Shown: positions 52,072 through 61,045 of the stretch, piece by piece
How positions within the stretch are numbered: the stretch's first letter is position 1
Layout of the letters: each line of letters starts with the position of its first letter
Assembly: GCA_028877265.1 (NCBI GenBank)
Contig: JAPPGX010000191.1
Location: forward strand, 66,144 to 130,143
DNA: 64,000 bases
DNA from: Acidobacteriota bacterium
GTDB taxonomy: Bacteria > Acidobacteriota > Vicinamibacteria > Marinacidobacterales > Marinacidobacteraceae
Direction: 5' to 3'
Notes under the pieces: generated by a model
What the model saw: only the letters and a program-made list of their open reading frames with translations
The model's database searches: none
Told to the model about the DNA's origin: nothing
Program-made: the position numbers and the translations under genes

Positions 52072-54018
52072 TCAGCGGATCAGGAAGGGGAGTTCTCCGA
52101 CTGCCGAGCGATTGCGGCTGGCGTCGGTGACCCGGATCACCGCGGTGTATCTCCCGGCCCGGAGCGGCCCGGTCTGGAGCGGCAGCATGATGGGCGTCCC
52201 TTCCAGGCGACGCGGATCGAGATCGAAGCGTCCCGGCCGTTCGGCCTCGACGGCAACGTCGCCGATCGCGTTCCGGATCTCGTAGGCCACCCGCACCTGG
52301 GAGACCGGATCCTCGTTCCCCGGAAAGATGAAGAAGGCCACCCGGGCATCCTCCGCCTGCGCGAACGTGGCGACGGGCCTCACCGGCGGGCCGACCGCTT
52401 CCGGTGCGTGAGCCTCGGCGACGAAAGGAAAGACGCTCGAGAGCGAGAAGGTTTCTCCGAATCCGGTGGGGATGACCAACGCGGACGACCCCGCGTGCAC
52501 CCTTTCTCCTCCCCGCTCCACCACCAGCTCGAGCCGGTGTTCTCCGGATGGCAACTCCGCGGGCGTTGAAACCCAGAAACGCCGGATGTCCACCCGCCCG
52601 GCCGCCTCGCTCAGGACCGCCCCGCCGGGCCCCACCACGCGCAGCCGCACCTCGGCCGGCTCTTCCAGGTATGACTCCGGCAGTGCGGCGGCGAGCACCC
52701 CGAAGGCGCCGTGTGGACTGGGGTTCAGCAGGTATGCGTAGGTGTTCAGATCCTCCGGGAAGGCGTAGTCGTAGTCGCCGCGCGCGGCCGCTTCGACCAC
52801 GTCGCCGCGGCGCCGCGCGAAATAGCCCGGTCGGGCGATGACCCGCAGGTCGGGCCGATCCCGTACCCGGACCTCGATCTGCCGGTACTCGCCGTCCAGT
52901 TCCGTCTTCGTCGGTGAAAACGACAGGAGGTAGTAGAGCTGGTTCTGGATGCCGATTCGGTTCAGGGCGACGGCGAAGTTGGTCTGGTTCGGGAAGTAGG
53001 TGCCCCCGGTCGCCACCGCGAGGGAGGCGGTGCCGCCCTCCATCGGGACGTTGGCCGCCGCATCCATGCGCGTCAAGGGGTGGTCGTCCGGCTCGACCGG
53101 CAGGGGATTCCCCATCACGTCGAAGGCGTTCAGCGCAGGATTCAGGATGTTGTTTTCGAAGCCGTACACCCCCGCGAGATTCACCGCGTAGAGCGTCGCA
53201 TTGGCGTGGTTCAACTGGAGGATCGCATCCCGGAGCGAGTTCGTTTCGTCGAGGGCGCGCCGTCCCGGGAACTCATCCACCTCGGTTCCGGCGATCTCGC
53301 CGACGACCTGGCGTGGATCCGCAAAGGTCTGGAGGTCCATGGACAGGAACACCACGATCTTGCGGCCTTCCACCCTCTCGAGCGCTTCCGCGAGCGCGAA
53401 GAGCATGCGGAACGAGTCGCGGGCGTCGATTTCGGGACCGACGGGACTCTGGTAGGTGCCCGGCACGATCCGCCGCACGTTGGCCAGCGTCTGTTCCTTT
53501 CCGGAATAGAACTCCTGGAGAACCCGGACGGTGTGCGCGAACTCCAGGATCATGGTTTCGTCGCCGTCCACCATGTGCTGGGACACGAATTCCTCGAGGC
53601 CCCGCTTGGCGCGCCGCAGGTTCACGGGGTCGGCGCCGCGACGGTTGAAGACGATCACGAACCGGCGGGGCGACGCGTTGCCGGCGTCGTCCGCCTCGAG
53701 TTCCGGCGCCGGGGGCGGGACATCGTCCGGGACGGCCTCCCCGAGTTCGTAGCGTTCCCAGTCCACGACGTCGAGGCTCGCTACGCGCTGCTCCTCTCCG
53801 TCCTCGAACAGTTCGAAATCCCCGGGGCTCAGACCGGGAACGGGGTTCCCGTCGCCGTCGAGCACCAGTACGTCCACGATGACCCGGGTGGCGGCGGCCC
53901 GGAACCGGAAGGTCTGGCCGGCCGCCGCGGCGGCAGCAAGGACGGCCCCGAGGACGATCAGCCCGCAAGCGAGTCTCGTCCCTCGGAGGGTCTTCACCGA
54001 GTCGGGTTTCCGGAGCAT
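52072..54018 (-). CDS. Secreted VWA-domain protein of the Acidobacterial-type (TIGR03436-like) family, long form
   Basis: It has a signal peptide. The conserved N-terminal block is FRFRAAATRVIVDVLVLDGDGNPVPGLSPGDFELFEDGEEQRVASLDVV. The VWA-like middle is RRFVIVFNRRGADPVNLRRAKRGLEEFVS. It has a paralog immediately upstream. Confidence 0.65.
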   Translation of the reverse strand: MLRKPDSVKTLRGTRLACGLIVLGAVLAAAAAAGQTFRFRAAATRVIVDVLVLDGDGNPVPGLSPGDFELFEDGEEQRVASLDVVDWERYELGEAVPDDVPPPAPELEADDAGNASPRRFVIVFNRRGADPVNLRRAKRGLEEFVSQHMVDGDETMILEFAHTVRVLQEFYSGKEQTLANVRRIVPGTYQSPVGPEIDARDSFRMLFALAEALERVEGRKIVVFLSMDLQTFADPRQVVGEIAGTEVDEFPGRRALDETNSLRDAILQLNHANATLYAVNLAGVYGFENNILNPALNAFDVMGNPLPVEPDDHPLTRMDAAANVPMEGGTASLAVATGGTYFPNQTNFAVALNRIGIQNQLYYLLSFSPTKTELDGEYRQIEVRVRDRPDLRVIARPGYFARRRGDVVEAAARGDYDYAFPEDLNTYAYLLNPSPHGAFGVLAAALPESYLEEPAEVRLRVVGPGGAVLSEAAGRVDIRRFWVSTPAELPSGEHRLELVVERGGERVHAGSSALVIPTGFGETFSLSSVFPFVAEAHAPEAVGPPVRPVATFAQAEDARVAFFIFPGNEDPVSQVRVAYEIRNAIGDVAVEAERPGRFDLDPRRLEGTPIMLPLQTGPLRAGRYTAVIRVTDASRNRSAVGELPFLIR

Positions 54019-54386
54019 GGACAGTCTGCCCGCGGCCCTATTCCGGGGCGGAGCTCGGCGCCGGCAGCACGGTGCAGCCGCTGCATCCCGGGACCCGGAC
54101 CTGCAGGACTCCGGATTCTCTCTCGCCGGCCTCCGTTTCTCCAACACGCCGCACGAACGTCAGGCGGTACCAGACCCGGTGGCGGGCTTCGATGCAGTCG
54201 AGCGGCCGCCGGAACCCGGTGGCGCGGGCGAAGTAGAGCCCGCCGGTTGCAGCCGCCAAGCCGGAAAGGATGTCGTCCTCCCTGCGGGGCGAGACGGTTC
54301 GGACACGGCTTTCATGGGAGGTGGAGGAAAAGGCCCGGAACGGGTTCGACTCGTCGCGTTCGGCCGTCAGGATGCGCTACTCGTGG

Positions 54387-55559
54387 TCAGTTGGGGACCA
54401 CGTGACCCGGGCGGACGACCACCCGCAGACCGGGAATCTTGCGCACCCGGACTTCGTGGGCTTGATAGCGGCCGGGGACGTTGCTGCCGAAGGGCTCGAA
54501 GCTGAGTTCGTACCAGAGCCGGTTCGAGTACTCGATGTCCTCCAGGATTCGGGCGAAATCGGTCGCCCTGGCGGTGTAAGTTCCGCCGGTGTCGGAAGCG
54601 AGGGAAGAGAGGAAATCATCGCCAGGCCGATCGAAAGCGTTCATTCTCCGGCCGGACAGCGAAGCGGATGAGTTTCGCACTCGGCGTGCTGTTATCCCGC
54701 GGCCATCCCCATAGTCCCTCATCGGACCGGAGTACTCGTCCCGATTGGACACGAGAATGCCTTCCTCCTGGCGCCGCGCCCCTTCGAGATGGATCGTGTA
54801 GAGGGAGGCGTTCGCCGCGCTGAAGACGTGAGCGAGCATGCTTGGAGCGTCATCCGAGCCTGCCTTGGACGAGGGAAAGTCCGCCCAGCCCCAGGGCGCT
54901 ACCGGTTCGAGATCGCCTCCCGGAGTTCCGACAAAGGTGCTGAGGCTCCCTGAGAAGACCACGACCACTTTCCTGCCCGGAAGCTCGCGGAGGCGCTCGG
55001 CGAGCGCGGAGAACATGAAAACAGCGTCTGCGGTGTCCTCGGCGGGCCCGAGGGCACTCCGGAAACCCATCGCGGGGATGTTCTCCACCTCGGGAAGCAG
55101 GTCGCCGGGCCCCCGCCGCCAACCACGGGTGATTCGCGGCGCCGCGGCGAAATCGATGACGAGCGCTTGGTCCCGACTGCGGAAGCGTGTCGATACGAAC
55201 TCGGCCAGTCCATCCTTCACGCGCCGGAGTTGGGCCGGCAGGGCGCCACGCCGGTTGACGACGAAGACGAAACGGCGGGGGCCCACGTCGGCCTCGACCA
55301 TCCTGGCGTCGGAGACCGGACGGACCCGCTCTCCGATGATGACCTCGAAGTCCCCGCGGTTCAGTCCGCGCACCGGGTTCCCATCCTGGTCGAGCACCAG
55401 CGCGTCCACCATGACCCGCGCCTCTTCAGGGGGCGGGACGGCGAGGGCGGACGACGCCGCGAGCAGAACCGCGACCAGCGCGCCCGGGGCGACACGGGAT
55501 CGTCGCGAGCCGCCCGCCCGCGAGCCGGTATTGGCAAGTACCACCTGTTTCTTCGGCAT
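54387..55559 (-). CDS. Secreted VWA-domain protein of the Acidobacterial-type (TIGR03436-like) family, short paralog
   Basis: ATG at 55559 is preceded by GGAGG. The same N-terminal block occurs (ARVMVDALVLDQDGNPVRGLNRGDFEVIIGERVRPVSDARMV). The VWA-like block is RRFVFVVNRRGALPAQLRRVKDGLAEFVS. Confidence 0.65.
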   Translation of the reverse strand: MPKKQVVLANTGSRAGGSRRSRVAPGALVAVLLAASSALAVPPPEEARVMVDALVLDQDGNPVRGLNRGDFEVIIGERVRPVSDARMVEADVGPRRFVFVVNRRGALPAQLRRVKDGLAEFVSTRFRSRDQALVIDFAAAPRITRGWRRGPGDLLPEVENIPAMGFRSALGPAEDTADAVFMFSALAERLRELPGRKVVVVFSGSLSTFVGTPGGDLEPVAPWGWADFPSSKAGSDDAPSMLAHVFSAANASLYTIHLEGARRQEEGILVSNRDEYSGPMRDYGDGRGITARRVRNSSASLSGRRMNAFDRPGDDFLSSLASDTGGTYTARATDFARILEDIEYSNRLWYELSFEPFGSNVPGRYQAHEVRVRKIPGLRVVVRPGHVVPN

Positions 55560-55949
55560 GGGAGCGACCTCCGTCCGGATCACGACGCGAAGAACATGTC
55601 CGGACCCGCAGATCCGGGCGTAACGGGATGTCACGTCCTTGCAATTTCGTTGCCACGAGCGCCGGCCTGGAGCGCCGGACTCTGGCCGGCATCGCGGCGA
55701 CAGGCCGCGAAACGCACCCCGCCACGGACCCGTGTGACGCGAGCCTCGGAGCGCCAGCCTCCGGCTGGCATCGCCGACCGCAGGGAGGCGAAACAAGCGC
55801 CGCCACCGATCCAGGTGGCGTGAGCCCGACCGCACGCGGCGCACCGCCGCCCGAGAGAAGCCGAGCGGCGCCCATCAGGCTGAACGCAGCGCCGCGAGCA
55901 CTGGTTTCGCGCTCCCGCGCGATGCCGGCCGGAGGCCGGCGCTCCGAGC

Positions 55950-58304
55950 TCAGATCCTGAACAAATAGTTCAGCTTGACCGAGAGGCTGCGGTTCCGCAC
56001 GAAGAACATGTCGGACCACTCGTCGACTTCCGTGTAGACGAGGAAGAAGTCGGTGCCCGGTTTCGGGATCCAGTTGAAGCGGACGTTCGAGGCCAGATCG
56101 CCCGTCGTGTTGTTGTACTGGAAGAGGCCGAGGAGGATCAGGTCGTTGCGGAGGGCGAGCTGCATCCGGGTGGAAACGAGATGGGTGTCGAGGTCCCCGC
56201 GCGGCAGCCGGATCCGGTTGTAGGCGTAGTTGCCGCGCAGCCCGAAGTTCTTGTTGATCCGGTAGTTGCCCCCGAGCCGCCAGAGGTCCCGCGTGCCGCC
56301 CCAGAAACCGCCGAACTCGTAGCTCGCGCGGACCGATGCGTAGCGGCGCCGGTAGGTGTTGAGCGAGAACTGCATCCTTCGGAACGGGTATTCCCCGGCA
56401 GGGACGACCACGTCGCTGATCGAGTAGTCGTAGGTGGTGAACTCGTACTGGTCGGTCACTTCTACCGAGATTTCGTCGCCGCTCTCGAAGGTGGCGCGGC
56501 TGGTCAGGCTGGCGCGCCGCGTTTCCAGGACGTTCTCGAGGTTCAGGGTGTTGTTCAGGCTCGCCTGCAGGTGGACCTGCCGGAGCCGCGGGACCTCGGG
56601 ACGGGGCGAGACTCGCGCCTGAAGGTACGTCTTGCGCATCCCCTTCCGCTGCACGAAGCCGATTCCGGGGTCGAAGTTCTCTCCGATCTCGATGAACTTG
56701 ACCGTGCCTCCCAGCAGGTCGTCGTTGTAGTCCAGCCGACCGGTGGCGAGCCCCGTGCTGCTCTGCCCGGTCTCCTCGAACACCTGCGCCCAGATGCCCT
56801 CGAAGCTCCACGCATCGCGAAAATGGAGGCTCGTGTCCAGCCCGGCCACCCGGTTGAAGGCGCCGTCGCTGCTCCGGTCGGTGAAGACCGCGCCGATCGT
56901 GGAGCGGGAGAAGATGTCCCGCCGCACCCTGGCGACGGTGAAACGCTCGGCGACGGAGTTCTCGGTGGCGCCGGTCGACATTCCCATCAGACCCACGGTG
57001 TAGGCGCCCTGGCGTCCGGAGAGCCGGGCGCCGCCCGTGATCGGGACTGCGTGGCCGTCGTCGGAGAGCCCGATCCGCCGGGTGAACACGATGTCGGCGT
57101 CACGCCGCTCGCTGAAGGTGAAGTTGCGCTGGCCCTCGAGGAAGATCTGCCGTTTCTCGGGAAAACGAAGCGAGAACCGGGTGAAGTTGATCTGGAGGTC
57201 GTCCACCTCCTCCTGGGCGAAGTCGGTGTTCCAGGTGAAGTCCGCGGTGAGGCCGGGAGTCACGCCCCACTTGAGGTCGAGTCCGCCGTCGCTGCGCCCC
57301 CGGTCGCCGGTCCACTCCCCGCCTCCGTTCACCTGGCCGAGCGCGTAAGGCCGGATCTCCACGTGGCGGCCGGGCTGGATTCCTTCGATTCCCCGGAGCT
57401 TGCCGAGTTCGGCCGGCCGGTACCAGGTGGAGTCGTTGGGGACGAAGGGCCAGTAGACCTCCTCGGTCTTCACGGGGATGTTCCGCTTGAAGCCGACTCC
57501 GAACACCACCTCCTGGCCCGGCAGGTGGCGCCGGAAGCGGAGGGACTTGAACGGGATCCGGATTTCGGCTGTCCAGCCGCCGGGGATCGTCTGCCCGCGC
57601 GACTCCCAGACCGCGTCCCAGTTCATGTTGCGGGTCTCCGGCCCCTGGCCGTTCTGGCTCATGTCGAACAGGATGCCGTTCGCGTTGGTCGCCAGGAAGA
57701 TGGCGCTGCGCTGGTCGTTGTAGGCGTCCAGCATGACGGCCACCGCGTCGTCGCTCCCGATGTTCTCGTCGCGGAACATCGTGCGCGGACGGCTGTCCTC
57801 GGCGGAGCGCCGCGCGTGCGCCGTCTCGTGCCCCTCGTCCATGTTCTCGCCGACCGTGCAATAGAACCCGAAGTAGAGGTTCTCGTCGTCGTAGGCGACG
57901 CGCACGATGGTCCGTTCCGTGGAGGGCAGCCCCTCGTCGGTTTCCTGTTCGTAGAAGTCGCCGATCGGACGGGCGCGTTCCCAGACCGCCTCGTCCAGCC
58001 AGCCGTCCATCTCGATGGGTTCCCGGACCCGTTCGGCGTGGATCTCCCACGTCCGGGCTCTGAGGGCCCGGACCCGTTCCTCCCGGGTCATGCGGCGGAG
58101 TTCCGCGCCGCTCGGCGACGTTGCCGGAGGCGCCGGCAGACTGGCGGCGACGGACGAACGGCCAGAGGCGGTACTGCCCTGCAGCCGGTCGCCCTGCGGG
58201 TCGTCCCTGTCCTGGCCGGCGCCGGCCGCAGCCAGTCCGAGCGCCACGATTGCCGACGCGCCAGCACGCCGGGTGCGCACCGTTACCGGTCCTTCGTGGG
58301 ACAC
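55950..58304 (-). CDS. DUF5916-family outer membrane protein with N-terminal CBM9-like domain (about 780 aa)
   Basis: The N-terminal CBM9-like blocks are DGWLDEAVWERARPIGDFYEQETDEG and YDDENLYFGFYC. A long C-terminal region of alternating aromatic beta-strands ends KLNYLFRI (a terminal aromatic, typical of outer membrane proteins). Confidence 0.6.
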   Translation of the reverse strand: MSHEGPVTVRTRRAGASAIVALGLAAAGAGQDRDDPQGDRLQGSTASGRSSVAASLPAPPATSPSGAELRRMTREERVRALRARTWEIHAERVREPIEMDGWLDEAVWERARPIGDFYEQETDEGLPSTERTIVRVAYDDENLYFGFYCTVGENMDEGHETAHARRSAEDSRPRTMFRDENIGSDDAVAVMLDAYNDQRSAIFLATNANGILFDMSQNGQGPETRNMNWDAVWESRGQTIPGGWTAEIRIPFKSLRFRRHLPGQEVVFGVGFKRNIPVKTEEVYWPFVPNDSTWYRPAELGKLRGIEGIQPGRHVEIRPYALGQVNGGGEWTGDRGRSDGGLDLKWGVTPGLTADFTWNTDFAQEEVDDLQINFTRFSLRFPEKRQIFLEGQRNFTFSERRDADIVFTRRIGLSDDGHAVPITGGARLSGRQGAYTVGLMGMSTGATENSVAERFTVARVRRDIFSRSTIGAVFTDRSSDGAFNRVAGLDTSLHFRDAWSFEGIWAQVFEETGQSSTGLATGRLDYNDDLLGGTVKFIEIGENFDPGIGFVQRKGMRKTYLQARVSPRPEVPRLRQVHLQASLNNTLNLENVLETRRASLTSRATFESGDEISVEVTDQYEFTTYDYSISDVVVPAGEYPFRRMQFSLNTYRRRYASVRASYEFGGFWGGTRDLWRLGGNYRINKNFGLRGNYAYNRIRLPRGDLDTHLVSTRMQLALRNDLILLGLFQYNNTTGDLASNVRFNWIPKPGTDFFLVYTEVDEWSDMFFVRNRSLSVKLNYLFRI

Positions 58305-58308
58305 CGCA

Positions 58309-59307
58309 CTAGTTGTCGGGCCCGGCGCTCACGTTCCCGGCGCTGCTCGCGAACCGGGTGGCGATCTCGGCGAGCCAGGGCTCGATGGCGCGGTAGAGGG
58401 TGTTGCGGCAGTGGAAGCGGTACAGGTAGGTCTTGCCGTCCACCAGGTTGTAGATCACCCACTCCAGATAGTCGGCGAGCTGGGTTTCCACCGAGTAGAG
58501 CACCGCGATCCCGCGGCCGTCGTCGAGGATGTCGTGGCGGAGCATCCGGTAGTTCTCGCCGAGGCTCTCGGCGGCCGCGCTGTAGAAGCCCTCGAGCGTC
58601 GTCCCGGGTTCCGCGTTGGCGACGGTGACCTCGAGGGTCGCGTGCACCGTGGTGCCGTCGGTATCCACCGCGAGCGGTCCGCTCCGGAAGCCGACGAAGA
58701 GCGTTTCGCCGGGTTCGCGGAGAAAGTGGGAGCGCGTCCAGCTCTGCGGGTACCCCAGGGCGAGATCGAACTCCGGATCCTCGTATACGTCGAAATAGTC
58801 GGCGGACTCGATGGAAAAGCCCTCGTACATGCGGTCAAGAGTCGGCCCGTAGGCCTGGACGCTCCGCGCCTCGCCGGTGGCGAAGACTCCGTAGAGGAGT
58901 CCTTCCCGCTCGATGAGGAGCAGTCGCCCGGATTGCGGCCGCCGTTCCCACTCGAAGGTCCAGAGAAAGCCCTCCTCCGAACCGATCCGCACCGGCTCCT
59001 CCGAGAGCACGATCTGTTCGCCGATGTAGAACCGGTCCGCGACCTCCCGGAGCGTCTGGTCCGCCGGGGCCGGACCGGCCATGACCTGCACCTGGATTCC
59101 GTCCCGCTCCGGGACGTCCACCGAAGGACCGCTGAAGGTGGTCATCCGGTAGCCGCCCTGCTGGTTGGCGGCCGAGGTCCATCCCTGCGGAAGGGGCAGG
59201 GACACGGCGATGTCGGGCACGTACACGGTGATGAGGCGCGGCTGGCCGGTTGGCAGGCAGGAGAGCGAAAGGGTCGTCCCGAGCGCCAGGACCAGGAAAC
59301 CGGCCAT
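58309..59307 (-). CDS. Hypothetical secreted/lipoprotein (about 330 aa)
   Basis: ATG at 59307 is preceded by GAGGGGG. The signal sequence is MAGFLVLALGTTLSLSCLPTG. It has no recognisable family. It lies 4 bp upstream of the DUF5916 gene. Confidence 0.5.
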   Translation of the reverse strand: MAGFLVLALGTTLSLSCLPTGQPRLITVYVPDIAVSLPLPQGWTSAANQQGGYRMTTFSGPSVDVPERDGIQVQVMAGPAPADQTLREVADRFYIGEQIVLSEEPVRIGSEEGFLWTFEWERRPQSGRLLLIEREGLLYGVFATGEARSVQAYGPTLDRMYEGFSIESADYFDVYEDPEFDLALGYPQSWTRSHFLREPGETLFVGFRSGPLAVDTDGTTVHATLEVTVANAEPGTTLEGFYSAAAESLGENYRMLRHDILDDGRGIAVLYSVETQLADYLEWVIYNLVDGKTYLYRFHCRNTLYRAIEPWLAEIATRFASSAGNVSAGPDN

Positions 59308-59442
59308 CCCCCTCACGCCGGGGAAACCGGTTCGCGAAAGGCCGGTGCCGAGTGTGGTCATCACCGACCACCTGTGGCGAGTGCATCACGCCATCCATTC
59401 GCGGCGCAAGGCGCCGCGGGGGAGGGGTTTCCCCTCCCCGCG

Positions 59443-59484
59443 AAAAAGGATGGCGCGGATCGCGGAGCGAACCGCGCCATCACC
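59443..59484 (-). terminator. Putative intrinsic terminator of guaB (minus strand): stem GATGGCGCGG / CCGCGCCATC followed by CTTTTT
   Basis: On the plus strand the sequence reads GATGGCGCGGATCGCGGAGCGAACCGCGCCATC, preceded by GCGAAAAAGG. Read on the minus strand this gives a 10-bp stem, a 13-nt loop, then CCTTTTTCGC. Confidence 0.5.
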
Positions 59485-59577
59485 CGTGGGAGGGGCGCCC
59501 CGCGCCTGAAACCCTCCGGCGGATGCGGCGTGTGCATCACGTCGAGTGTCACGCGGGGTGCTCTTTTCACGGGTGGC

Positions 59578-61038
59578 TTATTCCAACCGGTAGTTCGGCG
59601 CTTCCTTGGTCACCACGATGTCGTGCGCGTGGCTCTCCCGGTGCCCGGCGCCGGTCACCTGGACGAAATCCTCGTACTCCATCAACTCCCGAATGTTGCG
59701 GCAGCCGGTGTAGCCCATGCCGGAGCGCAGGCCCCCGATGAGCTGTTCCACGACTCCGGCGAGCGGTCCCTTGGTCGGCACCCGGCCCTCGATGCCCTCC
59801 GGCACCAGCTTCGAGGCCGGCCGGCCGGCCTGGTAGTAGCGGTCGGCCGACTCGCCGCTCATGGCGCCGAGCGACCCCATCCCGCGATAGCTCTTGAAGG
59901 TGCGTCCCTGGTAGAGGATCGTCTCGCCGGGGCTCTCGTCGCTGCCGGCGAGCAGGTTGCCGGCCATGACGCATTCCGCCCCGGCGGCGATCGCCTTCAC
60001 GATGTCCCCGCTGAAGCGGATCCCACCGTCGGCGATGACCGGCACTTCGGCGGCCGTGCGCACCTGCCGGATAGCCGAGAACTGAGGCATTCCGGTCCCC
60101 GCCACCACCCGCGTGGTGCAGATCGAGCCGGGGCCCATGCCGACCTTCACCCCATCGGCGCCGGCTTCCTTGAGGTCGCGCGCCGCTTCGGGGGTGGCGA
60201 TGTTCCCGGCCACCACGTCCACCGTATCGGGAAGCGCCGCCTTGAGCCGCCGCACCGTTTCGAGTCCGCTTTCGGTGTGGCCGTGGGCGGTGTCCATCAC
60301 GATCGCGTCCACCTGGCGCTCGGCCAGCAGCTCGGCGCGGGCGATCGCGCCATCCCCGACCCCCACGGCGGCGGCGCAGCGGAGCCTGCCCAGCTCGTCC
60401 TTGGTGGCGTTGGGATAGGCCATCGCCTTCTGGATGTCCTTGACGGTCAGGAGCCCGGCCAGCGCCCCCCGGTCGTCCAGCACCGGCAGCTTCTCCACCC
60501 GGTGCTCGTGGAGAATGGCCTTGGCCTCTTCGAGCGTGGTCCCGAGCGGTGCCGTGTGGAGCGGCGCCCGGGTCATGAGTTCGCGGACCCGGAGGTCGTA
60601 GCGGGATTCGAAACGCAGATCCCGGCTGGTCAGGATGCCCACCAGCCGGCCGTCCTCGATCACGGGGAGCCCGGAGATGCCGTGCCGCTGCATCAGCTCG
60701 AGAGCGGCCGCGATGGGGGCGTCGGGAGGGACCGTCACCGGATCCACGACCATGCCGCTCTCCGAGCGCTTCACCTTGGCCACCTCGGCGGCCTGCGCCT
60801 CGGCCGAGAGGTTGCGGTGGATGACCCCGATGCCTCCGAGCTGGGCGATGGCGATCGCGAGGCGGGCTTCCGTGACCGTGTCCATCGCGGCGCTCACCAG
60901 GGGGATCGCGAGGCCGATGTGGCGGCTGAACCGGGTGCCGAGGTCCGCTTCGGCCGGGAGCACGTCCGAATAGCGCGGACGCAGCAGGACGTCGTCGAAG
61001 GTCAGGGCCGGGCGCGGCAGGTTGGGCAGCTCGGTCAT
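59578..61038 (-). CDS. guaB: Inosine-5'-monophosphate dehydrogenase
   Basis: The full-length IMPDH TIM barrel carries a tandem CBS insertion. The catalytic loop is [20 protein letters not shown]. The phosphate-binding segment is [21 protein letters not shown]. Confidence 0.95.
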   Translation of the reverse strand: MTELPNLPRPALTFDDVLLRPRYSDVLPAEADLGTRFSRHIGLAIPLVSAAMDTVTEARLAIAIAQLGGIGVIHRNLSAEAQAAEVAKVKRSESGMVVDPVTVPPDAPIAAALELMQRHGISGLPVIEDGRLVGILTSRDLRFESRYDLRVRELMTRAPLHTAPLGTTLEEAKAILHEHRVEKLPVLDDRGALAGLLTVKDIQKAMAYPNATKDELGRLRCAAAVGVGDGAIARAELLAERQVDAIVMDTAHGHTESGLETVRRLKAALPDTVDVVAGNIATPEAARDLKEAGADGVKVGMGPGSICTTRVVAGTGMPQFSAIRQVRTAAEVPVIADGGIRFSGDIVKAIAAGAECVMAGNLLAGSDESPGETILYQGRTFKSYRGMGSLGAMSGESADRYYQAGRPASKLVPEGIEGRVPTKGPLAGVVEQLIGGLRSGMGYTGCRNIRELMEYEDFVQVTGAGHRESHAHDIVVTKEAPNYRLE

Positions 61039-61045
61039 TGGGGTC

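Noticed and set aside
55426-58628. 461-aa minus and 815-aa plus ORFs overlapping the VWA and DUF5916 genes
   Set aside because: They are alternative-frame or antisense. The chosen frames have signal peptides, conserved paralogous blocks and an outer-membrane-type terminal aromatic.
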